This document shows, in pieces, positions 29,994 to 39,569 of a DNA stretch of 64,000 bases. The translations under genes were made by a program, and so were the position numbers. Below the pieces are notes generated by a model, which was not told the origin of the DNA, searched no databases, and was given only the letters and a program-made list of their open reading frames with translations. The DNA comes from an uncultured Nitrospiraceae bacterium (lineage in GTDB: Bacteria; Nitrospirota; Thermodesulfovibrionia; Thermodesulfovibrionales; Dissulfurispiraceae). Position 1 is the first letter of the stretch; each line of letters opens with the position of its first letter. The DNA lies in contig CAVPIW010000006.1 of the NCBI GenBank assembly GCA_963705105.1, forward strand, positions 864,001 to 928,000. The letters are read 5' to 3'.

Positions 29994-30800
29994 TTATTGA
30001 GTCGACGGCGCAACTGTGAACTGATAGGTCACGTCGACCAAAAAAATCGGGGAGCCGCCGTCAGCAATGTCTTGCGGGCTCTGGTTGAAGTGGCAGAGCC
30101 CGCCCGTAAACTTGATGATGTGTTTACCCTTCTCCAGTGGCGGTATCGCGACATAATAGCCATCGTCGATGGTCTCCGGGTCGTTGGCCTGGAGCACCGG
30201 ACCGTCCGGATACGTTAGCGGAAACACCGGAGATTGCGTCCGCACGATGGGATAACCTATGCTCTGAACGGGAACGCCGTCCACGGTTGCGTTTAATTGG
30301 CAGGCATAACTCGGCGTGTTCCCGAACAAGTTGCCGGGGATCTGATCACTGAAGAAGCCGTTCGCATTCTCGCGCTTTTGCGCGACCGTGCAATTGAAGT
30401 CGGGAGCGGGACAGCTACCGTCCGGATTCCAGAAACCGTAGTTCACGAGTGGGAAGAACAGAATCGTTCCCTGCGGGATACTGTGGAGACAAGTCCTCGA
30501 GGATGGGCCGGCAGTTATGGATCCCGCCAGAAACCATACGTTTCCCATCTGTCCCGCCGAGCAGTCAACCTTAACCTTGCCATTTCCGAACTGGACAAAC
30601 TCAGTGTCGAATGCCCACTGCCACCATTTTGCCGCCCACTCTCCGTACGTCTTGCCTGCCACCTTCGCGATGCTTACATTAAGGTCGTAATTGTCAGCTA
30701 ACGCATTTGATATCGGCGTTACCACGAGCACCAAGAGCAAGACAGCTATTGACATGGCTTGCGGCGCGTGAGCCTTTTTAGTCACTGATCTACTAAACAT
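29994..30800 (-). CDS. Secreted hypothetical protein
   Basis: Signal peptide; GEWAAKWWQWA, VWFLAG and DGYY motifs; RBS GGAGG. Confidence 0.8.
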   Translation of the reverse strand: MFSRSVTKKAHAPQAMSIAVLLLVLVVTPISNALADNYDLNVSIAKVAGKTYGEWAAKWWQWAFDTEFVQFGNGKVKVDCSAGQMGNVWFLAGSITAGPSSRTCLHSIPQGTILFFPLVNYGFWNPDGSCPAPDFNCTVAQKRENANGFFSDQIPGNLFGNTPSYACQLNATVDGVPVQSIGYPIVRTQSPVFPLTYPDGPVLQANDPETIDDGYYVAIPPLEKGKHIIKFTGGLCHFNQSPQDIADGGSPIFLVDVTYQFTVAPSTQ

Positions 30801-31006
30801 TTCTTACCTCCTGAGTTCAGTTTAATCAATGAGCAACTTGTTGTTGAACATAAAGACGTCATTCACTGACTCCATACATCAACTCCTCATCCAATGTGAT
30901 CCTTCATGATCCTCCTACTTCATAGGCGCTGCCTCCTTCCCTCCGCATCAACGGTTGGCCGTCGATGAGAAAGGCTGAACATCCCCACATTATAGACAGA
31001 TTTCCT

Positions 31007-31080
31007 TCGGCAGCCCGGCCGTCTCCTGCGAGACCCGTCGCTTTCCGTCCCACCCTTGCGGATGGTTTGGCTTTATCGTG
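31007..31080 (-). promoter_or_regulatory. c-di-GMP-I (GEMM-I) riboswitch
   Basis: CGATAAAGCCAAACCATCC-GCAA-GGGTGGGACGGAAAGCGACGGGTCTC..GAGACGGCCGGGCTGCCG. Confidence 0.92.
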
Positions 31081-31253
31081 TATTCCTATCTGTTAAATAC
31101 CAGAGAATCGGAGAAAAGTTAGTCGGGGGAATCATGTATTTTTGTACAGCTTTGTCTGTAGAGGCTTTTTTGTAGACGGCAGGCAGGGAAGATAAAAGTC
31201 CTTGTGGGGAATAGGGATTCTTTGTCGTGCTGCTGCTGCAGGCGGGTACGCCG

Positions 31254-32450
31254 TTAGGGCGCAAGTCCCGCGGCCAAGGCGAATCTCACGAGGTCGGCAA
31301 GGCGGTGGATGTCGAGTTTCTGCATCATCCTGCTGCGGTGGGTCTCAACGGTCTTTTCGCTGATCCGCAGCTTCTCAGCGATCGCACGGTTGGTATCCCC
31401 GCAGGCGATCAGCCCGAGGATCTCCCGCTCTCGCCGGGTGATCCTCTTGAGAAGCTTCTCCCTCTGAAGGGCTCCCTCCCTGGTCACTCCGGGGAATGCC
31501 GGTTTGTCCTTGTCCGCCTCCTTCAGGCAGATCGAGACAAGCCTCGTGCCCGCCACCTCTATGGCAGCGGCTCTCACTGAGACGGGCACCCTGCTGCCGC
31601 TTCCGCGCTGCACCTGGAGGTCTCCGGCTGAAAGAATGTCCTTGCTGGCGTGTCCTTCAAGGACGGCACGGGCCCGGTCCCGTCCCTCCGGCGAAAACAG
31701 CTCGGTGAAATGTCTTCCCACAACCTCGCTGTTCGCCAGGCCAAGGAGTCTCCCCGCACCTTCGTTCACCTCCACGATGAACCCCGAATCGCAATCCGCG
31801 ATCATCATCGGGGTGTGGGCGGAAGCGAAGACCTTCCGGTACTTGTCCGCTGCCGCCCTGAGGCTCTGTATGCCTTCCTTGATGTTGGTGACGTCAGTGA
31901 TGGCCACGTACACCCTCGACCAGCTTTCTTCAAAGCCGGCAGGAATCGCAACCCGAATGAGAATGTCTTTGTTTTCTCCGCTGAGCGTCCGGTTGGTCGC
32001 CTCGCTGCAGAAGAGGTGTTTGCCCTTCCAGAAGGCGATCAGCTCCTCCTTGAAGACGTCGTAGGATTCCTTGCTGAAGATGACGCTCAGTCCCTCGCGG
32101 AACTCCTCTACCCCCTTTGCTTCAAAGAGATCAAGGGTCGCCCTGTTGACCCTCACGACTTTGACCATGCGGGCAAGGGAAAGGACCTCCCCGGGGTGCT
32201 TCCTGAAGTGCCTTCTGAGATCCTCAACTCCGCTCCTTCTGAGACTGTCAAAGCGCCGCTTGATTTCGGAGAAATCCTCATCCCAGAGAGAGACGGGTGC
32301 CTGCTCAAACACGTCTGTACGATGATTGTCTTCGAGGCAGTTCTCATCGTGCCTCGCCCGTGAGTCAGCTCCCGTGCCCGGAGGCCGGACGGCAGATGCC
32401 CCTCCCGGCGGGAGGGAACCCTCAGAGTCTACCTTTGGATCCTTTCTCAT
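31254..32450 (-). CDS. PAS-PAS-LuxR transcriptional regulator
   Basis: PVSLWDEDFS PAS region; TRREREIL...SEKTVETHRSRMMQKL HTH. Confidence 0.88.
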   Translation of the reverse strand: MRKDPKVDSEGSLPPGGASAVRPPGTGADSRARHDENCLEDNHRTDVFEQAPVSLWDEDFSEIKRRFDSLRRSGVEDLRRHFRKHPGEVLSLARMVKVVRVNRATLDLFEAKGVEEFREGLSVIFSKESYDVFKEELIAFWKGKHLFCSEATNRTLSGENKDILIRVAIPAGFEESWSRVYVAITDVTNIKEGIQSLRAAADKYRKVFASAHTPMMIADCDSGFIVEVNEGAGRLLGLANSEVVGRHFTELFSPEGRDRARAVLEGHASKDILSAGDLQVQRGSGSRVPVSVRAAAIEVAGTRLVSICLKEADKDKPAFPGVTREGALQREKLLKRITRREREILGLIACGDTNRAIAEKLRISEKTVETHRSRMMQKLDIHRLADLVRFALAAGLAP

Positions 32451-32784
32451 ATTGTCGTGCCCCAACGTTTGTGCTGTTCGGTAAATCGTTTGCAGCGTCT
32501 TATTGAAAAGGTACCATAAAATGCGGCTGCTGTCTATGCGTCCTGGCTGCTTCGGATTTCCAAGAGATACCTTCGCAGTTGTCAAACTGATCGATGATGA
32601 GGACTTCGGGAAGAACGTGGGAAAGGCCTTCAATTCCCCAAATCGCGGCGTTGTAGAGAAATTTTCATGTCGGCGTACAACCGCGTTGCATACTTTCTCG
32701 AGTCACCTCGTCACAACCATACGTGATTTTTTTACTCCCAATTGTGGTACTTTATCTTTAACATTTTTCTCTCGGGAGCTGTCT

Positions 32785-33468
32785 ATGGCAATGATTGAAC
32801 TGATTGCAGGGATTCCGCTGTTCCGGGGCCTCACAAAGGATCAGCTGAGCGAGCTCGCCGACATCGTGATCGACCAGACCTTCCAGCGCGGCCAGACGAT
32901 CTTCAATGAAGGAGAGGATGCGACGGGGCTGTACATAGTCGTCTCGGGGCGGATCAAGGTCTTCAAGCTCTCCGCCGACGGCAAGGAGCAGATCCTGCAC
33001 ATCTTCGGTGCGGGAGAGCCTTTCGGCGAGGTCCCCATGTTCATGGGCGGGCGGTTCCCGGCCAATTCCGAGACGCTCGAAAAAAGCCGCATCTTCTTCT
33101 TTCCACGGAAAGCCTTCGTCGATCTCATCAGGCGGGAGCCTTCACTCGCAATGAACATGCTTGCGGCCCTCTCGCGGCTCCTGCGTCAGCTCACCCGCCT
33201 GATCGAAGACCTGTCGCTGAAAGAGGTGCCGGGCAGGCTTGCCGCGTATCTCCTGTTATTAAGCGAAAGGGAAGGCGGATCGACGGATGTCGAACTCGAC
33301 ATCTCGAAGGGTCAGCTGGCAAGTCTCATCGGCACCATCCCCGAGACATTGTCGCGCATGCTCGCGAAGATGAGCGGTCAGGGTCTGATCAGGGTGCAGG
33401 GCCGGCAAATCTCCATCCTCGACAGGGAGGCGATTGAGGACCTTGCCGCCGGGGGAAAGCTTATCTGA
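32785..33468 (+). CDS. Crp/Fnr-family regulator (HcpR-like)
   Basis: IPLF, DGKEQIL, FGE and GTIPETLSR HTH motifs; divergent from the hcp operon. Confidence 0.88.
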   Translation: MAMIELIAGIPLFRGLTKDQLSELADIVIDQTFQRGQTIFNEGEDATGLYIVVSGRIKVFKLSADGKEQILHIFGAGEPFGEVPMFMGGRFPANSETLEKSRIFFFPRKAFVDLIRREPSLAMNMLAALSRLLRQLTRLIEDLSLKEVPGRLAAYLLLLSEREGGSTDVELDISKGQLASLIGTIPETLSRMLAKMSGQGLIRVQGRQISILDREAIEDLAAGGKLI

Positions 33469-33632
33469 CCTCCCGATTGTCCGCTTTCACGGTGACGTAT
33501 TCGGGTCAGATGCCCCAGGTGCCGGTTTGTTCGCTCTTTCTTTTCCCATTCCTTCAGTGCCCTGGCGGACGATACGGGAAAGCCCAGACCTCTTTGAACT
33601 CGAAATTCCGAGCGACGTTCAGGCGAATTGAT

Positions 33633-34139
33633 TTAGAATTGTCTCTGCCACCCGTCGAAGGCGAACAGATCAGCGACGATGACACCATAGGACAGCATGT
33701 TCCCCAAAATGAAGACGGGAAATGTTTTCCGTAACGGGTACTTCCAGACACCCCGTGCAACCAGCATTTCAAGGCATGTGCTTCCGATCAGCATAAGGCA
33801 GATTGTCGCTATTTTATTGAATGACGCGAAGGTCCCCTTTACAAAAATGTCGGCGATGAGATGCCATCCCAGCATGCCGAATGCCAACAGATATATGCCC
33901 ACTGTCGCGGAAAAAGCATTGACGATAAAAGAGACGAGCAATGCTTTCTTGGTATCGGAAATGAGACGCCACCGGAGGACGCCGGCCTCAAGCAGAAGGC
34001 CTATAACGACGACGTACCAGTAACGGAAATGAGAGTCGGTGACATACAGTGCCGGCCAAATGACATCCGCATGAGCCACTGACGGCATGAGAGCGGCAGT
34101 GACAGCGAAAAAGACCCGTCTCGTTCTCTGTCTTGTCAT
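33633..34139 (-). CDS. Hypothetical membrane protein
   Basis: Signal-like N-terminus and several hydrophobic segments. Confidence 0.65.
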   Translation of the reverse strand: MTRQRTRRVFFAVTAALMPSVAHADVIWPALYVTDSHFRYWYVVVIGLLLEAGVLRWRLISDTKKALLVSFIVNAFSATVGIYLLAFGMLGWHLIADIFVKGTFASFNKIATICLMLIGSTCLEMLVARGVWKYPLRKTFPVFILGNMLSYGVIVADLFAFDGWQRQF

Positions 34140-34215
34140 GTATCCATTTGCCTTGCTCTATCGCCGCACGCTCGGGAGCAGGCGCGGCGGAGCGTCATGA
34201 TGCGCAGAATTAAGC

Positions 34216-35028
34216 TCACAGAAAATATACCGGCTCCTTTCGCGTTTGACATGCCTGGCTTAAATGCAGGGCGATATTCTTGATCATGTCATTGTTAATC
34301 TTTCGCGCATGCTGGGGACACACCTTGATGCAGGCGTTGCACACGATACATTTCCCTCTGTCGATCGATGAGCTCTCTTCCGGATCAATCGCGCCGACGG
34401 GACAATGCTGCGCACAGGCTCCGCACTGCACACAACTGTCATCAACGGCAATGAACTCAATACCGGACAGCCTCTTTCTGCTCTCTGCCATATCTTTGTA
34501 CGGGTAAGTGCCGGGTACGGTTATAGCGGCAATGTGATTGACCGACTGAAGGGCTGATATTTTCTCTTTTATTTTCCGGCCGAATGACATCGCGCAGCTC
34601 AGATCGTTCGCATCGGGCCGGCCCGGGGCAATGGGCGTTTCGACACCGGAAAAGGAATGCTCCCCTATGAATGCGGCACAGGCAACAGGCAGGCAGCCGG
34701 CTTTCACCGCGGTGTCCCTGAGTTCGAGCAACGCGTCGTCATATTCCCGGTTGCCATACATGACCACACAAACGGCAGGGGTATTATGAGCTTTGATCGT
34801 CCGGAACCATTCGATTGCGTCGGTCTGCACCCTGCCGAAATACACGGGCGCCCCGATGAGAAGCAGTTCATCTCCCGATGCCTGCAGTTGCCGGTTTCTT
34901 CCCTCGGGTGTCGTTATATCCACCATCTCCGCGGCGATGTGATCCATCCCCTGAGCAATCGCCTCAATGATCCTTTTCGTCGTGCCTGTCGGGGAAAAAT
35001 AAACGAGTTTCAGAGATCGAATTTTCAT
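34216..35028 (-). CDS. Flavodoxin-like/4Fe-4S protein (EFR1 family)
   Basis: YFSPTGTT, YGNREYDDAL and GEHSF motifs; two CxxCxxCxxxCP. Confidence 0.88.
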   Translation of the reverse strand: MKIRSLKLVYFSPTGTTKRIIEAIAQGMDHIAAEMVDITTPEGRNRQLQASGDELLLIGAPVYFGRVQTDAIEWFRTIKAHNTPAVCVVMYGNREYDDALLELRDTAVKAGCLPVACAAFIGEHSFSGVETPIAPGRPDANDLSCAMSFGRKIKEKISALQSVNHIAAITVPGTYPYKDMAESRKRLSGIEFIAVDDSCVQCGACAQHCPVGAIDPEESSSIDRGKCIVCNACIKVCPQHARKINNDMIKNIALHLSQACQTRKEPVYFL

Positions 35029-35077
35029 TTGGTTTCAACTCCGTAACGGAAAGCTTCCATTATGACGGACGAACATT

Positions 35078-35240
35078 GACAGCCTTGTAAAAAAAAGTCC
35101 TGTAAAGGGCTTATCCGTCATTCCCGTGCAGACGCGAATCCAGTCCTATCAAGTAGTTATTTGTACTCTGGATACCCGCTCCCCGCTTACTATCCGCGGG
35201 GACAAGCTTCGCGGGTATGACGACTTTTTACGAGATGGTC
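35078..35240. repeat. Small inverted-repeat-bounded element carrying a GTCATTCCCG-type palindrome
   Basis: Ends GACAGCCTTGTAAAAA / TTTTTACGAGATGGTC; internal GTCATTCCCG..GAATCCAG...CTGGATAC..CGGGTATGAC. Confidence 0.6.
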
Positions 35241-35320
35241 AACACTGGGAACGATGAAATCCCCCGTCGGATTAAGCCACGATATTCTTTCATGCCAAGG
35301 GAGCGCCTTGGACGCCGGTT

Positions 35321-35794
35321 TTATTTATCAGCCGGCTCTACCACTCGGGCGGCAACGCTTCCGCACTTCTTGCAAGTTCCCCGCAGCACCAGGGAGCGTC
35401 CCGACATCTCTCCTTCCTGCAGTTGGAGCGAGGTCACTGCCCGGCATTTCGGACACCAGGCGTTGTCAAGAATGTCTTTTCTCATCTGTGCCGGTATTTG
35501 CTCCCACCGCTTCTTTGCCGGAGGCGTCAGTTTCGGAAAGGGTATCGTTTTTGTTTCCTTGACAAAATACCGTTCAAAGAGCTCTTTTGCCCTGAGAAAG
35601 CCCTCCTCAGTCATGATCACCGATTTCGTCTTGCCGACCGGATTCGATATGTACCCCTTCTCGTGAAGCCTGTTTAGCGTGTCCCAGTCGAACCCCTTCC
35701 AGGCCCTCGCTCCCAGTCCTTCCTGTCTGTCATGGGCAACGAGGTAAAGAAGCGCCAGAGTGTATTCGTCTATCTTGTCTTCGTCGTAGTCCAT
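35321..35794 (-). CDS. DUF6429-like protein with C-terminal zinc ribbon
   Basis: RAWKGFDWDTLNRLHEKGYI; CPKC and CKKC. Confidence 0.7.
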   Translation of the reverse strand: MDYDEDKIDEYTLALLYLVAHDRQEGLGARAWKGFDWDTLNRLHEKGYISNPVGKTKSVIMTEEGFLRAKELFERYFVKETKTIPFPKLTPPAKKRWEQIPAQMRKDILDNAWCPKCRAVTSLQLQEGEMSGRSLVLRGTCKKCGSVAARVVEPADK

Positions 35795-35824
35795 ATGTTC
35801 TCCTTGCGTCGAAGGGTTAACCAG

Positions 35825-35957
35825 GGTCTGTCCATAAAGTAAACTTCATCTGTCATTCCCGCAAGAGAAGCGCGTCGGGAATCCTTCTGAAAGAACGATT
35901 CCGGACAAGACGGAATGACAAACAAACTACAACTTCATGAGTTTATAAACAAACTCT
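35825..35957. repeat. Small inverted-repeat-bounded element with a TGTCATTCCCG...GGAATGACA palindrome
   Basis: Ends GGTCTGTCCATAAAGT / AGTTTATAAACAAACT; core shared with 46561-46643. Confidence 0.6.
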
Positions 35958-36139
35958 AATTATACGGCCGCCGCATCGGAAAATTGTGAGATACTCTCAA
36001 TCGCATGCTGTACTTCTCGATGAACACGATTCCAAGCCAGGACTTCGCCAGTCTATTTACTTTAGATTCTCCCGTTTTATTTCTCTCCGGCGTGATACTC
36101 AAAGCAGATTGAGCCATCCATTCGCACAATGCGCGGCGT

Positions 36140-36382
36140 TCATCGGGAAGCCCGCTTCCTGGGCAATTCTGCTGAACGTCTTGCTCTCCCTGCAACACGT
36201 CTTCTGAGCTCGTCAATCCCGACGGTCGGGGCGTTCTTTTCGTCCGCCTTTGCTTCTCTAAGACAGCGAAGGTCCTCATAGTCGTCCAGTTTTTCCTGAA
36301 TTCTCAGAAATTCTTCATAAGGGATGACGGCATATTCATTCTTCCCCTCCCTTTTTATGATTTGGGCATGTAGCTCAACCAT
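36140..36382 (-). CDS. Putative antitoxin downstream of its toxin
   Basis: QIIKREGKNEYAVIPYEEF...DYEDLRCLREAK. Confidence 0.75.
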   Translation of the reverse strand: MVELHAQIIKREGKNEYAVIPYEEFLRIQEKLDDYEDLRCLREAKADEKNAPTVGIDELRRRVAGRARRSAELPRKRASR

Positions 36383-36400
36383 CTTGTTACCCCCCATCTA

Positions 36401-36646
36401 TCAGTATGCCTCTCGGCGATGAGTAATACGATAAATAACGACTGCATCCTTTTCAATTTCAAAAAGTATTCTGTAATCACCTATGCGCAATCGATACTCA
36501 GGCGTCGAATCGGTAAGGCGTTTGACATCTCCGCTCAAATTATCACTCATCTTTTTAATCCCTGCAAGGATGCGCTGTTGATTTTTTATGGGAAACTCTT
36601 CAAGGTCTTTAACCGCCCGTGGTTTGAATTGAATACTGTATTTCAT
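36401..36646 (-). CDS. RelE/ParE-family toxin
   Basis: GDVKRL, YRLRIGDYRILF and HRREAY motifs. Confidence 0.9.
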   Translation of the reverse strand: MKYSIQFKPRAVKDLEEFPIKNQQRILAGIKKMSDNLSGDVKRLTDSTPEYRLRIGDYRILFEIEKDAVVIYRITHRREAY

Positions 36647-36699
36647 CTCTTATTCTGGACAAACGGATCAGGCGGGATGCTTCATCCCAGCCATCTTTT

Positions 36700-36909
36700 C
36701 CTTATCATTGCAATAGGGTCTCCGGGAAGGCGGGGTGTATGCGCCGAAAACCTTGCTGCTGCGACACCGTAACCCTCACAGAAGACAACCTTTCAAGCTA
36801 ATGGTCGATCACATAAAGAGTGGAATCCTGAAAGACAAACCTGGCGAGGCGTATGGTCGCCTTCAGCAAGGCTTTGAGGCGCTTCGCCCCGCCTTTCTAC
36901 GCAACAAGG
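36700..36909 (+). mobile_element. MITE-family copy
   Basis: CCTTATCATTGCA...CGCAACAAGG; TTTT on both sides. Confidence 0.88.
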
Positions 36910-37050
36910 TTTTCTCTGTTCCCTATGCACAGTATAGCACACCTTAAGGGTGAGCGAACAATGAGTCCTCATAAGAAACAAGGAGTTGACTATTTCGACA
37001 TTGTCGTGCAATGTGCCGGTGTAAAAAAGAAAATCCAAAAAGGAAGGATT

Positions 37051-37731
37051 TTACCGGTCGAAGGCGTCGAGGAGCTCGCTGAAGTCTTTGAGGACGGGGA
37101 ATTCGTCGGTGTGGCTCTCGGTCTTCTTCGAGTTCGCCCGCGTTTTGAGAAGGAGGTGCCCGATGCCGAAATCGCGGGCCGCCCTCAGAACATCAATCGT
37201 ATCGTCGATGAAGAGGGTCCGGCGCCGGTCGAAATCGAGCATCTTTTCCGTGAGCCGCCAGAATTCCTGCATCTCCTTGGGATAGCCCATCTCGAAGGAG
37301 GTGACGCAGCGGTCAAAGTAGCGGCCGATCTGCGTCTTCTTCAGCTTGATATCGAGGACCTTGTAGTGGGCGTTTGTCACCATGTAGACTTTCTTCCGGT
37401 GGTGTTTCAGCATGCGCAGGAAGTCCTCGACATGGGGATGGACTTCGATGAGGTGCTTGATCTGCTCCTTGAGGGCGGGGATATCGATGTCGAGTTCCTG
37501 CGACCAGAAGTCGATGTCCGTCCAGTTCAGGGTGCCTTCGTGGGCCTTGTACAGGGAGAAAAGCTCCTCACGGGCCTTCCCGAAGGTGATGCCGTGCTTC
37601 TCCGAGAACTTCTCGGGGACGAGGTGCTCCCAGAAATAATCATCGAAGTATTTGTCCAGGAGCGTCCCGTCCATGTCGAGCAGGACGCACCGGATTTCAC
37701 GCAGGGGAACGGTCAGTTTTCCCGGTACCAC
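37051..37731 (-). CDS. HAD hydrolase (YrfG-like nucleotidase)
   Basis: LLDMDGTLLD, VTNAH, GYPKE and FIDD motifs. Confidence 0.88.
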   Translation of the reverse strand: MVPGKLTVPLREIRCVLLDMDGTLLDKYFDDYFWEHLVPEKFSEKHGITFGKAREELFSLYKAHEGTLNWTDIDFWSQELDIDIPALKEQIKHLIEVHPHVEDFLRMLKHHRKKVYMVTNAHYKVLDIKLKKTQIGRYFDRCVTSFEMGYPKEMQEFWRLTEKMLDFDRRRTLFIDDTIDVLRAARDFGIGHLLLKTRANSKKTESHTDEFPVLKDFSELLDAFDR

Positions 37732-38270
37732 GAGAGATCGATGTAGTCTTTGATCCGCTTGTAGACAAGATCGAGGATACCCCGCAGTTCTTCGAATATC
37801 TCGTCGTAGAGCTCGCTGTCAGCCAGGTCGTCACCTTCGAGATCATAGGAGTAGGAGATCTCGTATTCCTTGGAGGCGCCGTTGCCGGGAAGGATTTCCT
37901 TGATGACCATGATCGCTTCCGTATCGGGATAGGTCTCCTCGACCTCTTCGAGAAGGGCCTCGATGTCCGGATACCCCTCGAGGATCGGGAATTTAACGGT
38001 CACCTCGAGTTCGATCGACGTGTCCATGTCGGTGCTCTCTTCTTCCGTCGAGGTGTCTTCGAAAAGGGCCATTCCGGTCTGGAAGGCGTCATAGATGAAA
38101 GAGACCGTCGCCGTCAGCGGATAGGGAAGCTCGAAACCCGGAAGGGTGAGGAAGAAGCGGTTTTCCCTCTCGAGGGTGAACTGCTCGATAAACACCTGCA
38201 TATTGAAAATCTCGAGGTACTTTTTTGCAGATTCGGCGATCTTCATCTGGATCTCTTCAAATCTCTTCAT
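37713..38270 (-). CDS. Acidic hypothetical protein
   Basis: Starts MKRFEEIQ with an RBS; typical codon bias. Confidence 0.7.
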   Translation of the reverse strand: MKRFEEIQMKIAESAKKYLEIFNMQVFIEQFTLERENRFFLTLPGFELPYPLTATVSFIYDAFQTGMALFEDTSTEEESTDMDTSIELEVTVKFPILEGYPDIEALLEEVEETYPDTEAIMVIKEILPGNGASKEYEISYSYDLEGDDLADSELYDEIFEELRGILDLVYKRIKDYIDLSWYREN

Positions 38271-38305
38271 GGTTGCCCCTTTCGGAAATAGTTTAAAATT
38301 ATAGC

Positions 38306-39031
38306 ATGAAGAGCAGCGGGAGCGCGAACAGGGTCGCCGTCGTGACGGGCGGCTCCGGAGGTCTCGGGAGGGAGATCGCCGCACAACTCTGCAGGGAGGC
38401 ATGGCATGTCGCCGCCGTGTATCATACGGCTGAATCCGTCGCTTCGGGGCTTCAGGAAGCCTTTGGTGACCTCATCCTGCCCTGCCGGGCCGACGTGACA
38501 GAGAAAGATGACATGGAGAGGGTCGCAACCGATGTGGTCAGTGCCTGGGGACACATTGATGCCCTCATCGCCTGCGCGGGCATAACCCGCGACGGCCTCA
38601 TCGTCAGACAGGGCGTCGGGGATTGGGAGAGTGTGATGGAGGTCAACCTGAAAGGCCTCTTTCACGCAGTCAGGGCCGTCGCCCCCAGGATGTCAGCGGG
38701 TGGTCATATTATCACTATATCCTCCTATTCCGGGCTGAAAGGAAGGGCCGGGCAGGCTGCGTACAGCGCCTCAAAGGCATCTCTCCTGGGCCTCACCGTG
38801 TCTCTCGCCGGAGAAATGGCGCCGCTCAACATCAGGGTAAACGGGGTGCTGCCCGGATACATGGAGACGCCAATGGGCGTCCGCTCTCCGTCTGCTATGG
38901 CTGCGGCGAAACGGGAGAGCCTGCTCGGATGCCTCTCCGATCCCGCTGAAGTCGCCCGGTTCATCGCCTGGCTTGTCGGGACGGAGCGCATAACCGGACA
39001 GGTCTTCACCCTCGACAGCAGGATTGTGTGA
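38306..39031 (+). CDS. Short-chain dehydrogenase (FabG-like)
   Basis: VTGGSGGLG, AGITRD and YSASK motifs. Confidence 0.9.
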   Translation: MKSSGSANRVAVVTGGSGGLGREIAAQLCREAWHVAAVYHTAESVASGLQEAFGDLILPCRADVTEKDDMERVATDVVSAWGHIDALIACAGITRDGLIVRQGVGDWESVMEVNLKGLFHAVRAVAPRMSAGGHIITISSYSGLKGRAGQAAYSASKASLLGLTVSLAGEMAPLNIRVNGVLPGYMETPMGVRSPSAMAAAKRESLLGCLSDPAEVARFIAWLVGTERITGQVFTLDSRIV

Positions 39032-39032
39032 A

Positions 39033-39431
39033 CTTTGCAGTTGCATGGAAAGGCGGGGCGAAGCACTCTGAAAAGCAGTGACAGTGTGAGTGTGAGTGTC
39101 AGTGAAAGGAATCGTTCTTATATCTACGCTGCCTCCGGGAAGGCTGATATGGGTCAAAGCCTTTCCAATGCGATGCTGAGACTTCTCCAGGTGTTTAGCG
39201 CCTGTTGCCTGACGGGCTCTCGTCATCGGTCGACACGGCAAAGGGTGGTCTGGTGATAGATAAGGTATCTTAGAGGAAAGGCTTTTCACCACATCAGCCT
39301 TCCCGTCCTGGTATTCATGACCTTGCTCCGACTGTCGATTGCCGACAATGACTTTAATGACTCAATGACTTAATGACTCTTACGGTGGCATCTTCGCTCC
39401 GCCTTTCCGGAGAGCGTATACAACGATAATG
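39033..39431 (-). mobile_element. MITE-family copy carrying an inner element
   Basis: CTTTGCAGTTGCATG...CAACGATAATG; TGAA on both sides; backbone matches 57201-57646. Confidence 0.85.
39137..39304. mobile_element. Second small inverted-repeat element (GGGAAGGCTGAT...ATCAGCCTTCCC)
   Basis: Perfect 12-bp inverted repeat; absent from the homologous site near 57300; second copy at 51863-52030. Confidence 0.75.
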
Positions 39432-39532
39432 TGAAAGCTCCAAAAATGTCTCGCCTTTTTATGCTGCCCTTCCCGTCCCGGTGTTCGCGGCCTTTTTCCG
39501 GCTGCCGATTGCCGATGGCAACTGACTTGGGG

Positions 39533-39561
39533 TTGACAGTCCGCTCCGCTTCTGGTAGGTT
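39533..39561 (+). promoter_or_regulatory. Sigma70 promoter of the HDOD gene
   Basis: TTGACA-N17-TAGGTT, with ATG 8 nt downstream. Confidence 0.55.
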
Positions 39562-39569
39562 TATTATCT

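Noticed and set aside
33470..36700. Integron cassette array
   Set aside because: Co-oriented small accessory genes are present, but I could not identify convincing attC R/L boxes or an integrase.
36735..36947. Small ORFs within MITEs (also 21163, 47153, 47211, 57373, 57379) as genes
   Set aside because: They are translations of the repeat and lack consistent starts or RBSs.
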